A DNA stretch of 64,000 nucleotides from a bacterium (GTDB taxonomy: Bacteria > Bacillota > Clostridia > Oscillospirales > CAG-272), in the NCBI GenBank assembly GCA_963627065.1, contig CAVGAA010000001.1, positions 152,909 through 216,908 of the forward strand, read 5' to 3'. Made by a program: the position numbers and the translations under genes. Positions 7,891-16,173 of this stretch are shown here, piece after piece (the first letter of the stretch is position 1; the number at the start of each line of letters is the position of its first letter). The notes under the pieces are model-generated. The model was not told the origin of the DNA, did not search any database, and was given only the letters and a program-made list of their open reading frames with translations.

Positions 7891-9006
7891 ATGGCAAGTG
7901 TATCTTTGAAGCATATTTACAAGAAATATCCGGGTGGCGTTACCGCCGTTTCGGACTTCAACTTGGAAATTAAAGATAAGGAATTTTTGGTGTTGGTCGG
8001 ACCTTCCGGTTGCGGTAAGTCCACAACTCTGCGTATGATTGCAGGCTTGGAAGAGATTACCGAAGGCGAACTTCGCATCGGTGACCGTCTTGTCAATGAC
8101 GTTGCACCGAAGGACCGTAAAATCGCAATGGTGTTCCAGAACTACGCACTGTACCCGCATATGTCCGTGTTCGAAAACATGGCATTCGGTCTGAAACTGA
8201 GCAAAGTTCCGAAGGACGTTATCAAAAAGAAGGTTGAGGAAGCCGCTCGTATCCTTGACATTACCCACTTGCTTGACAGAAAGCCGAAGGCTTTGTCCGG
8301 CGGTCAGAAACAGCGTGTCGCTCTGGGACGTGCAATCGTCCGCGATCCGCAGGTCTTCCTGCTTGACGAACCTCTTTCCAACTTGGATGCAAAACTCCGT
8401 GCAACCATGAGAACCGAGTTGACCAAACTTCACAACCGTGTCGGAACGACCTTTATTTACGTCACGCACGATCAGGTCGAGGCTATGACGATGGCAACCC
8501 GTATCGTCGTTATGAAAGACGGTCTGATTCAGCAGGTCGATGCACCGCAGAAATTGTATGACGAACCCGTCAACCTCTTCGTTGCAGGCTTTATCGGATC
8601 TCCTCAGATGAACTTCCTTGACGGCAAACTTGAAGAGGAAAACGGCAAACTGTATTTTATTTACGAGGGCAACAAACTGCTCGTTCCGGAAGACAAAGCA
8701 AAGAATGAAGCACTCAAAGAGTACATCGGCAAGGATGTCATCGGCGGTCTGCGTCCGGAGTGCATCTATGACGACGAAGACAGTGTTGCAAAGCATCCGG
8801 AATCTCAACTCACCGTCAATGTCGACGTCACCGAGTTGATGGGTGCGGAAATTTACCTCTATCTGATTGTCGGCGAAGAGGGCAAACTTACCGCTCGTGT
8901 TTCCTCCCGTTCCACAACGAGAGCAGGTGACCAGATCAAGATTGCATTCGATATGACCAGAATGCACATCTTCGACAAAGACACCGAGCGTTGCATCGTT
9001 CACTGA
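7891..9006 (+). CDS. msmX: stand-alone sugar ABC transporter ATP-binding protein (MsmX/MalK/UgpC type)
   Basis: Walker A GPSGCGKST, signature LSGGQKQR, Walker B FLLDEPLS, C-terminal TOBE-like domain. It has its own promoter and terminator and no adjacent permease. Confidence 0.9.
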   Translation: MASVSLKHIYKKYPGGVTAVSDFNLEIKDKEFLVLVGPSGCGKSTTLRMIAGLEEITEGELRIGDRLVNDVAPKDRKIAMVFQNYALYPHMSVFENMAFGLKLSKVPKDVIKKKVEEAARILDITHLLDRKPKALSGGQKQRVALGRAIVRDPQVFLLDEPLSNLDAKLRATMRTELTKLHNRVGTTFIYVTHDQVEAMTMATRIVVMKDGLIQQVDAPQKLYDEPVNLFVAGFIGSPQMNFLDGKLEEENGKLYFIYEGNKLLVPEDKAKNEALKEYIGKDVIGGLRPECIYDDEDSVAKHPESQLTVNVDVTELMGAEIYLYLIVGEEGKLTARVSSRSTTRAGDQIKIAFDMTRMHIFDKDTERCIVH

Positions 9007-9016
9007 TCGATCTTTT

Positions 9017-9049
9017 CGGGTGTCGCTGTTTCGGCGACACCCGTTTTTG
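9017..9049 (+). terminator. rho-independent terminator
   Basis: Stem cgggtgtcgc / gcgacacccg followed by TTTTT. Confidence 0.75.
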
Positions 9050-9081
9050 TATCTACCTTAAAAGCTTGAAGGGGGAGTACT

Positions 9082-9636
9082 ATGCCGGAGTGTTTTTTGA
9101 CTGCCGATAAAGCGGTGCTGTATTGGATACAAGATCATTTTCGCTGTGGCGTTTTGGATTGGTTCATGCCAAAAATTACCGTGCTCGGTAATTTCGGCTT
9201 GATATGGATTTTCGCCGGTTTTACGCTTCTTTTCTTCAAAAAATACCGCAAATACGGCATTTGTCTGCTTGTAGGACTGCTTACCGGAGTTCTCGTCGGC
9301 AATGTGGCTCTGAAAAATCTCGTTATGCGACAAAGACCTTGCTGGCTGGACGAAACCGTCGTGCTTCTCATCAAAAATCCGCAGGATTTCTCTTTTCCGT
9401 CCGGACATTCGCTCTCGTCCGCAATTTCCGCAGCGGTTCTGACGAAGGCAAATAGGCGGTTCGGTGCGGTCGCAATTCCGGTGGCGATGTTGATTGCGTT
9501 TTCAAGACTGTATCTCTTTGTCCATTTTCCGAGCGATGTCCTCACGGGAATTATGCTCGGTGTCGCAATCGGACTGCTTGCAGTTTATCTGTCCCATTTG
9601 ATACAATCCAAACTGAATTGCAAAATTCATTCTTGA
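9082..9636 (+). CDS. PAP2-family membrane phosphatase (undecaprenyl-diphosphatase-like)
   Basis: PAP2 motifs KNLVMRQRP, FPSGHS and SRLYLFVHFPSD. Multiple TM helices. Confidence 0.8.
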   Translation: MPECFLTADKAVLYWIQDHFRCGVLDWFMPKITVLGNFGLIWIFAGFTLLFFKKYRKYGICLLVGLLTGVLVGNVALKNLVMRQRPCWLDETVVLLIKNPQDFSFPSGHSLSSAISAAVLTKANRRFGAVAIPVAMLIAFSRLYLFVHFPSDVLTGIMLGVAIGLLAVYLSHLIQSKLNCKIHS

Positions 9637-9660
9637 CATACGTCAAAAACAAAATATTGA

Positions 9661-9706
9661 AGTGCCGAAATTGATAAATTATTATCAAAAGTTCGGCACT
9701 TTTTTC
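9661..9706 (+). terminator. rho-independent terminator
   Basis: Stem agtgccgaa / ttcggcact, with inner ttgataa / ttatcaa pairing, then TTTTT. Confidence 0.65.
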
Positions 9707-9716
9707 AAAAAAAGTA

Positions 9717-9745
9717 TGGACTTTTTGCCTGTTATGTAGTATAAT
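9717..9745 (+). promoter_or_regulatory. candidate sigma-A promoter of the hydrogenase operon
   Basis: TGGACT (weak -35), 17 nt spacer, TATAAT (9740-9745). Confidence 0.45.
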
Positions 9746-9755
9746 ATATGGTGGT

Positions 9756-9778
9756 TGTGTAAAATTCCATATAACACA
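9756..9778. promoter_or_regulatory. imperfect inverted repeat in the hyd leader (candidate operator)
   Basis: TGTGTAA, 9 nt spacer, TAACACA (6 of 7 complementary), between the -10 box and the RBS. Confidence 0.3.
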
Positions 9779-9794
9779 GGAGGTTTTGGAAGTT

Positions 9795-10292
9795 ATGAAA
9801 AAGAAACTGACCACGGTTGCTTTTCGCGGAACGCCCGAGCAGGAAACTGCGTTGCGTGCCGTCATCAAAAAGCACGCCGGGGAGAAGGGTGCAATGATGC
9901 CGATTCTTCAGGAAGCACAGGAAATTTACGGGTATCTTCCGATTGAAGTGCAACGCATCATCTCATTGGAAACGGGCGTTTCTCTCGAAGAAATTTTCGG
10001 AATTGCTTCGTTTTATGCACAGTTTAAGCTCAATCCGGACGGACAGTACAGCATTGCGGTCTGTCTTGGAACCGCCTGCTATGTCAAGGGATCCGGTGAA
10101 ATCATTGAGGCTATCTCTGAGCAACTGGGTGTTCCGGTCGGTAGCACGTCTTCGGACGGTAAATATTCCATCGAGGCGACACGTTGCATCGGTGCGTGCG
10201 GTTTGGCTCCGGTCCTCACGGTCAACGGTGAGGTCTACGGCAGACTGACAAAGGCAGATGTCCCGACCATTCTCGCCAAGTACAAGGATTGA
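9795..10292 (+). CDS. hydC: NuoE-like [2Fe-2S] subunit of a NAD(P)-linked [FeFe] hydrogenase
   Basis: Thioredoxin-like 2Fe-2S pattern (CLGTACYVKG ... CIGACGLAP). ATG 9795 is 11 nt after AGGAGG. Confidence 0.85.
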   Translation: MKKKLTTVAFRGTPEQETALRAVIKKHAGEKGAMMPILQEAQEIYGYLPIEVQRIISLETGVSLEEIFGIASFYAQFKLNPDGQYSIAVCLGTACYVKGSGEIIEAISEQLGVPVGSTSSDGKYSIEATRCIGACGLAPVLTVNGEVYGRLTKADVPTILAKYKD

Positions 10293-10308
10293 GGGGGAGA
10301 GAACCGAC

Positions 10309-12210
10309 ATGAAAATCAATTCCGTAGCTGATCTTCAGACAGCGTATGAATCTCTGAAGGATTCGGTTGCCATTCGTGAGGGTGTTCACGAAACGATTGA
10401 CGGCTTCCGTAAGCATGTTTTAATTTGTGGCGGTACGGGTTGTACCTCGTCCGGATCTCATGCACTGCGTGAGAAACTCGAGGAAGAACTTGCATCTCAC
10501 AATCTTGACAAAGAGGTCAAGGTCGTCACCACCGGATGTTTCGGTCTTTGTGCATTAGGACCGATTATGATTGTATATCCGGACGGCACGTTTTATTCCC
10601 GTGTCACACCGGAAGACATTCCGGAAATCGTCGAAACACATATCATCGGCGGAACTCCCGTTGCACGTTTTGAGTATCACGAAAAGAGTGGAGATCACCA
10701 CATTGTCAACTCTCTGAATGAGATGACGTTCTATAAAAAACAGCACCGTGTCGCACTGCATAATTGCGGTGTCATCGATCCGGAAAACATCAACGATTAT
10801 ATCGCACGCCGTGGCTATCAGGCACTTGCAAAAGTTCTGACATCCATGTCCCGTGAAGATGTCATTCAGACTATGCTCGATTCCGGTCTGCGTGGACGTG
10901 GCGGTGCAGGTTTCCCGACCGGCTTGAAATGGAAATTCGCAATGGGTTCGACCGGTAAAAAATATGTTTGCTGTAACGCCGATGAAGGTGACCCCGGTGC
11001 ATTTATGGACCGTTCCGTCCTTGAAGGCGATCCGCACGCAGTCCTCGAAGCAATGGCTATCGCAGGATACGCTATCGGTTCGGACGAAGGTTATATCTAT
11101 GTCCGTGCAGAGTACCCGATCGCAATTCACCGTTTGAAGATTGCTATCGAGCAGGCTCACGAATCCGGTTTGCTCGGCGAGAACATTTTCGGTACGGGCT
11201 TCAATTTCGATATTTCTCTGCGTTTCGGTGCAGGTGCGTTTGTCTGCGGTGAGGAAACCGCTCTGATGACCTCAATCGAGGGCAAGAGAGGTGAGCCGAG
11301 ACCTCGTCCGCCGTTCCCTGCAATCAAAGGTCTGTTTGAAAAACCGACCATTCTGAACAACGTCGAAACCTATGCTAACGTCGCTCAGATTATCCTGAAC
11401 GGTCCGGAATGGTTCGCAGGAATGGGCACGGAAAAGTCCAAGGGTACGAAAGTTTTCGCACTGGGCGGAAAAATCACCAATACGGGACTTGTCGAAGTTC
11501 CTATGGGTACAACGCTCCGTGAAGTTATTGAAGAAATCGGCGGAGGCATTCCGAACGGCAAGAAATTCAAGGCTGCACAGACCGGCGGACCTTCCGGCGG
11601 ATGCATTCCCGCAAGCCTTATCGACACCCCGATTGACTACGATAACCTCATTGCAATCGGTTCTATGATGGGATCCGGCGGACTTATCGTCATGGACGAA
11701 GACAACTGTATGGTCGACATTGCAAGATTCTTCCTCGACTTCACCGTCGACGAATCCTGCGGTAAATGCACGGCTTGCCGTATCGGTACAAGACGTCTGC
11801 TCGAAATCCTCGATAAGATTATTTCCGGTAAGGGCGAAATGGAAGACATCGACCGTATGGAAGAACTTGCTACCTATATCAAGTCCGCATCGCTTTGCGG
11901 TTTAGGTCAGACTGCTCCGAACCCCGTTCTTTCTACGCTCCGTTATTTCAAGGACGAATATATCGCTCACATTGTCGACAAGAAATGCCCCGCAGGCGTC
12001 TGCAAGAAACTGCTTCGCTACTCCATCGACCGTGACAAATGTATCGGTTGCGGAATGTGTGCACGTGCTTGCCCTGCAAGTGCCATTAGCCGTACCGACT
12101 ATACGGCAACCGGACACAAACTCGCATCTATGGCAATCGATGCGTCCAAGTGCGTGAAGTGCGGTGCTTGTATGTCGACCTGTAAGTTCAAGGCTATTTC
12201 GAAGGGTTAA
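10309..12210 (+). CDS. hydB: NuoF-like flavoprotein subunit of the hydrogenase (FMN/NADH site plus Fe-S clusters)
   Basis: N-terminal 2Fe-2S module (CGGTGCTSSG...GCFGLCALGP). GRGGAGFPTG (FMN). CGEETAL. ESCGKCTACR (N3-like cluster). Two C-terminal ferredoxin CxxCxxCxxxCP motifs. Start at 10309 with a GGGGAG RBS. Confidence 0.9.
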   Translation: MKINSVADLQTAYESLKDSVAIREGVHETIDGFRKHVLICGGTGCTSSGSHALREKLEEELASHNLDKEVKVVTTGCFGLCALGPIMIVYPDGTFYSRVTPEDIPEIVETHIIGGTPVARFEYHEKSGDHHIVNSLNEMTFYKKQHRVALHNCGVIDPENINDYIARRGYQALAKVLTSMSREDVIQTMLDSGLRGRGGAGFPTGLKWKFAMGSTGKKYVCCNADEGDPGAFMDRSVLEGDPHAVLEAMAIAGYAIGSDEGYIYVRAEYPIAIHRLKIAIEQAHESGLLGENIFGTGFNFDISLRFGAGAFVCGEETALMTSIEGKRGEPRPRPPFPAIKGLFEKPTILNNVETYANVAQIILNGPEWFAGMGTEKSKGTKVFALGGKITNTGLVEVPMGTTLREVIEEIGGGIPNGKKFKAAQTGGPSGGCIPASLIDTPIDYDNLIAIGSMMGSGGLIVMDEDNCMVDIARFFLDFTVDESCGKCTACRIGTRRLLEILDKIISGKGEMEDIDRMEELATYIKSASLCGLGQTAPNPVLSTLRYFKDEYIAHIVDKKCPAGVCKKLLRYSIDRDKCIGCGMCARACPASAISRTDYTATGHKLASMAIDASKCVKCGACMSTCKFKAISKG

Positions 12211-12226
12211 TAGGGGGATCGCTGAC

Positions 12227-13990
12227 ATGGATATGATTAAAGTAAAAATCAACGGCAAAGAATATGCCGTCGAAAAAGGTGTCACGGTTCTCGAAGCCGC
12301 AAAAGTGGCACATATCGACATTCCCACGCTGTGCTATCTGAAAGACATCAACGAAATCGGTGCTTGCCGTCTTTGCTTGGTGGAGGTTTCCGAACGCAGA
12401 GGTGCGGGAATGGGACCGTTCCGTATGGTTACCGCTTGCGTGTATCCCTGCACGGACGGAATGGAAATCAAGACCAATACGCCGAAAATTGCAGAGTCAA
12501 GACGTATGAATCTCGAACTCCTTCTTTCCAACCACGAAAAGAAGTGTCTTTCCTGCGTACGTTCCACAAATTGTGAACTGCAAACGCTCTGCCGTGAATA
12601 CGGTGTCGACCAATCCCGTTTCCAAGGCGTAGTCAACCATTACGAAATCGACGATAAATCACCCATCATTCGTGATAACAACAAGTGCATTCTCTGCCGT
12701 CGTTGCGTCGCAACCTGCTCCAAAGTGCAGGGAATCGGTGCAATCGGAGCAAATAACCGTGGTTTCGATACCTATATCGGCTCGGCATTCGGTGAGGCTC
12801 TCGCAGATACATCCTGCATCAACTGCGGACAGTGTATCGTTGCCTGCCCCGTCGGTGCACTCTATGAAAGAGACGATACCGACAAAGTCTTTGAGGCACT
12901 GGCAGATCCCGATAAACACGTCCTCATCTGCACCGCACCTTCCGTCAGGGCTCAGATCGGCGAATGCTTCGGCTACGAACCCGGTACAGACGTTGAAGGT
13001 AAAATGGTTGCCGCCATTAAAGCACTCGGCTTTGACGGCGTGTACGATATGAATCTCACCGCAGACCTCACAATCGTTGAGGAAGCAACCGAACTGGTCG
13101 GACGCATTCAGAACAAAGGCGTTCTCCCGATGATTACGTCTTGTTCCCCCGGATGGATCAAATTCTGCGAACATTATTTCCCTGATTTCGTCGACAATCT
13201 TTCAACCTGCAAATCTCCGCAACAGATGTTCGGTGCAGTTGTCAAGACTTACTACGCTCAGAAAATGGGCTGGGATCCGAAAGACATCTTCATGGTATCG
13301 GCAATTCCGTGTACCGCAAAGAAGTTCGAAGTCGGCAGACCTGACGAGAATGCCGCAGGCGTTCCGGACGTTGATGTTGCAATCACAACCCGTGAACTCG
13401 GTCGCATGATTCAGAAAGCCGGAATCAGTTTCCGCACATTGGAAGACGAAAAATTCGATGATCCGTTTGCAATCGGTTCGGGAGCGGGAGCAATCTTCGG
13501 AGCAACCGGCGGTGTTATGGAAGCCGCTCTGCGTTATGCAGCTGAAATCATTCTCGGTAAGAAACTCGAAAAAGTCGACTTCAACGAAGTGCGTGGAACC
13601 GAAGGCATCAAGATTGCAACCTATAAACTGGGCGATCTCAATGTCAAAGTTGCAGTCGCATCGAGTACCGGTATGGCAAAGAAACTGCTCAATATGATCA
13701 AAGCAGGGGACGAATCCGTCAAAGATGTCATCTTCATTGAAATTATGGGATGCCCGGGCGGTTGCGTCAACGGCGGTGGTCAGCCGATTCAGCCTGCAAA
13801 GGTCCGTATGAATATCGACCTGCGTGCCGTCCGTGCCGCAGTCCTGTACCGTGACGATGCAGAGGAATCTTTGAGAAAATCTCAGGACAACCTCGCAGTG
13901 CAGACACTCTACAAGGAATTCTTCGGCGAGCCGAACAGCCACAAAGCACACGAAATTCTGCATACCACCTATATCAAACGTGGTCTGTAA
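12227..13990 (+). CDS. hydA: [FeFe] hydrogenase catalytic subunit (M3-type domain order, HydABC context) with a variant L1 motif
   Basis: N-terminal 2Fe-2S. HEKKCLSCVRSTNC. Two 4Fe-4S ferredoxin motifs. H-cluster motifs L1 TSCSPGW (canonical is TSCCPxW), L2 IPCTAKKFE, L3 EIMGCPGGCVNGGGQP. Confidence 0.9.
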   Translation: MDMIKVKINGKEYAVEKGVTVLEAAKVAHIDIPTLCYLKDINEIGACRLCLVEVSERRGAGMGPFRMVTACVYPCTDGMEIKTNTPKIAESRRMNLELLLSNHEKKCLSCVRSTNCELQTLCREYGVDQSRFQGVVNHYEIDDKSPIIRDNNKCILCRRCVATCSKVQGIGAIGANNRGFDTYIGSAFGEALADTSCINCGQCIVACPVGALYERDDTDKVFEALADPDKHVLICTAPSVRAQIGECFGYEPGTDVEGKMVAAIKALGFDGVYDMNLTADLTIVEEATELVGRIQNKGVLPMITSCSPGWIKFCEHYFPDFVDNLSTCKSPQQMFGAVVKTYYAQKMGWDPKDIFMVSAIPCTAKKFEVGRPDENAAGVPDVDVAITTRELGRMIQKAGISFRTLEDEKFDDPFAIGSGAGAIFGATGGVMEAALRYAAEIILGKKLEKVDFNEVRGTEGIKIATYKLGDLNVKVAVASSTGMAKKLLNMIKAGDESVKDVIFIEIMGCPGGCVNGGGQPIQPAKVRMNIDLRAVRAAVLYRDDAEESLRKSQDNLAVQTLYKEFFGEPNSHKAHEILHTTYIKRGL

Positions 13991-14030
13991 AATCGAACTT
14001 TTGACTTTAGTTTGAATCTTTAACAAAATG

Positions 14031-14074
14031 AGGCTGTCTCAAATGCTTATTTTAGCAAGCGAGACAGCCTTTTC
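14031..14074 (+). terminator. rho-independent terminator after hydA
   Basis: Stem aggctgtctc / gagacagcct, with inner gctt / aagc pairing, then TTT. Confidence 0.7.
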
Positions 14075-14139
14075 ATATTGCAATTTTATCAAACGGATTT
14101 GCTTTATCAAGTCAACTGCTTGAACAACCCTCCCCATAC

Positions 14140-14187
14140 TTTGTGCAACATCACCAAATTTCGCCCTTTGCTTTTGTGCAACATCAC
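14140..14187. repeat. 15-bp perfect direct repeat (tttgtgcaacatcac x2, 33 bp apart)
   Basis: Copies at 14140-14154 and 14173-14187, read directly. Each contains TTGTGCAA. They lie roughly 30-80 bp upstream of the -35 box at 14214. Confidence 0.9.
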
Positions 14188-14213
14188 GAAAATTCAAATA
14201 TCTCAAAAAGATA

Positions 14214-14242
14214 TTGAAAAATCTGTCGTTTTGTGGTATAAT
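14214..14242 (+). promoter_or_regulatory. sigma-A type promoter (DivIVA-domain gene)
   Basis: TTGAAA, 17 nt spacer, TATAAT preceded by TGTGG. Confidence 0.6.
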
Positions 14243-14309
14243 TATAATGTATTATAGGGTAGTTGTATATTTTATACAGAATTAAACCTATCAATGGAGG
14301 GCAAATATC

Positions 14310-14981
14310 ATGGCTGAAGTCGTTACGATGTTCAGAAACAAAATGAACGGTTATAACAAAGAGGAAGTCAACCTCTACGTAAAGGATCGTGAGGAGAAAT
14401 TGCAGGAGAAAGATGCGACAATCACATCTCTCAACGAGCAGTTGGCAGACCTGCAAAAACAGTTGGCAGAGGCTCAGGAAGCCGCAAAAGTCGCCGCTGA
14501 AAACCCTGCTCCCACTGCACCGGCAGAAGATTCCGATCCGATTCTCGATGCCGAAATCGCAGAAAAAGCCGAAAAATTCGACCTGCTTATGAAGCGTTGG
14601 GGCGATGAAGAAATGGCACCGGCAATCGCCAAGAAGAAAGTCATTCTCGAAGAGGCAGAACGGGCCGCAGATGTCTTCTACGAAAAATCCGCCGAAAAGG
14701 TCGCTGCATCTCTCGATGCAGGCTTTGCAAATCTCGCAGAGGCTCTGCGTGCCGACCTGAACGCATATTTTTACAGCAAATCGCTGGCAGGACGTGTCAA
14801 AGCGTGCGTGGAATATTCCAAACGCCTGTCCGAAAAAGTTGCGGAAGGTCTTCATGTCCTCAGCGGAGTTCCTGCAAAAGTTTACAAAGCAACCTCCGAA
14901 AAAGTGAACGAAGTGACCGACCGTGCAAAGGCTATGGCATCCGCTTACAAAGCACACAAAGAGGCATCGCAGGCTAAATAA
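14310..14981 (+). CDS. DivIVA-domain coiled-coil protein
   Basis: N-terminus MFRNKMNGYNKEEVNLYV resembles the DivIVA N-terminal motif (F..x..GY..EEV..F/Y). The rest is Ala/Glu/Lys-rich predicted coiled coil. Good RBS (GGAGGG). Confidence 0.65.
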   Translation: MAEVVTMFRNKMNGYNKEEVNLYVKDREEKLQEKDATITSLNEQLADLQKQLAEAQEAAKVAAENPAPTAPAEDSDPILDAEIAEKAEKFDLLMKRWGDEEMAPAIAKKKVILEEAERAADVFYEKSAEKVAASLDAGFANLAEALRADLNAYFYSKSLAGRVKACVEYSKRLSEKVAEGLHVLSGVPAKVYKATSEKVNEVTDRAKAMASAYKAHKEASQAK

Positions 14982-15024
14982 TCCCGTATAGGGGCATAAA
15001 AGGGTAGAAAGTGACGGTTTCCGT

Positions 15025-15906
15025 ATGAATATCGGTGAGAAAATTCGGTCTTTGCGTGTTGCAAAATTGATGACGCAAACGGAACTTGCCGGTAATCAAA
15101 TCACACGGAATATGTTGAGCTGTATCGAAAATGGCTCGGCACAACCGTCGCTTTCTACCCTTATTTATATTGCATCCCGACTGAACGTCCCGACCGGCTT
15201 TCTCTTGGCAGACGAGGGCGACGAAATTATTTATCGGAAGATGAACAGTCTTTCCAACATCAAAAGGGCGTATAAATCGGGGGATTATTCCGGTTGCCGA
15301 GCCTTGTGTAAATCCGCTTGCCCTGAACCGGATGACGAAATCCGACTCCTGCTTGCCGACTGCGATATGCAAATCGCCTGCGAATCTTTCTGGAACGGAA
15401 ATCTGCGACTGTCCTGCCGTTATTTTGACGAGGCATTGCGTTATGCAGAAGAATGCCTCTATCCGCTCCCGCAAATTGCATCTACGGCGACCGTTTATTT
15501 TTCCTATATGGGCAAGCACATTTCCGCCACGCTCACATCCGATGTCCTTGACGATACCTCCAATTTTTACCGTGCGGAAACGCCCTTTGCAAAGTATGCG
15601 GAGGCTTTGGATGCCCTTGAAAACGGCGACACGGAACTTGCCGAAGCTTTTCCGAAATCAATGGAAAATCTCTTCTTTTTCGAGCATTTGGAGACAAAAT
15701 GCAGAATGGCGAGAGGGGACTGTAAAGAGGCGAAAAACTTGCTTTTGCGAATGCTCGGCGGAGACGAACCGCTGAACGAAGTCAGTCTTTATGCGGTTCT
15801 CTGCGACTTGGAAATCTGTTGCCGTGAAACGGAAGATTTCAAAAACGCCTACCGATATACCAACGAAAAAGTCCAACTTCTCGAAAAACTGCTCAAAGAA
15901 AACTGA
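15025..15906 (+). CDS. XRE-family HTH regulator with a TPR-like helical repeat domain (RNPP/Rgg-like architecture)
   Basis: HTH (IGEKIRSLRVAKLMTQTELAGNQITRNMLSCIENGSAQPSLSTLIYIA), followed by about 225 aa with TPR-like signatures (AYKSGDYSGCRALC, RMARGDCKEAKNLLLRML). Weak RBS. Probably co-transcribed with the DivIVA-domain gene. Confidence 0.7.
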   Translation: MNIGEKIRSLRVAKLMTQTELAGNQITRNMLSCIENGSAQPSLSTLIYIASRLNVPTGFLLADEGDEIIYRKMNSLSNIKRAYKSGDYSGCRALCKSACPEPDDEIRLLLADCDMQIACESFWNGNLRLSCRYFDEALRYAEECLYPLPQIASTATVYFSYMGKHISATLTSDVLDDTSNFYRAETPFAKYAEALDALENGDTELAEAFPKSMENLFFFEHLETKCRMARGDCKEAKNLLLRMLGGDEPLNEVSLYAVLCDLEICCRETEDFKNAYRYTNEKVQLLEKLLKEN

Positions 15907-16062
15907 TGCCTATCAAATGTGACATAGTATCGGTAGCTGAAAAAACAAGTAAAAACAACTCCGTGTCATTCTGCTTTTGGTGATATGTTTTGTAATGTTG
16001 TTGTTGCAACTGGAAATTGCAAAATAATTTTCGAAAATTACCGAAAAAATCTCAAAAAACTA

Positions 16063-16091
16063 TTGCAATTTTGAAAAAGTTATGGTATAAT
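16063..16091 (+). promoter_or_regulatory. sigma-A type promoter (rpmE)
   Basis: TTGCAA, 17 nt spacer, TATAAT with a TGG extended -10. Confidence 0.65.
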
Positions 16092-16173
16092 ATAACAGAA
16101 TACTGCGGTACGCAGTCCCGCTCTTGCGGAATGATGTCAAAGAACATCAAATCAATCGAAAGAGGTAACAGTC

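Noticed and set aside
7882-9003. Long antisense ORFs that mirror well-supported genes almost end to end. Examples are 7882-9003 opposite msmX, 21182-22357 opposite rpoD, 34298-35368 opposite galE, 3651-4679 opposite the lipoprotein gene, 13202-14026 opposite hydA and 5370-6200 opposite tex.
   Set aside because: They have no RBS or promoter. Their translations are Cys/Phe/Arg-rich and low in complexity, with no motifs. The sense-strand genes have unambiguous family signatures. Open antisense frames of this kind are a known by-product of codon usage.
9755-9780. Possible Rex box upstream of the hydrogenase operon.
   Set aside because: The half-sites are separated by 9 nt and do not fit TTGTGAA-N4-TTCACAA or TTGTTAA-N4-TTAACAA. 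It is kept only as a generic inverted repeat.
15985-16074. Second small ORF (29 codons, MFCNVVVATGNCKIIFENYRKNLKKLLQF) downstream of the HTH-TPR regulator.
   Set aside because: It has no RBS and no coupling to an upstream gene. It runs into the rpmE promoter -35 region and is indistinguishable from a chance ORF.
16062-16076. Identical 15-mer aactattgcaatttt at the rpmE and nnrD promoters (also at 47134-47148), considered as a mobile or repeated element.
   Set aside because: Both copies coincide with the -35 hexamer TTGCAA of ordinary promoters. The similarity does not extend beyond the promoter core, so this is best read as a shared promoter flavour and not a repeat element.
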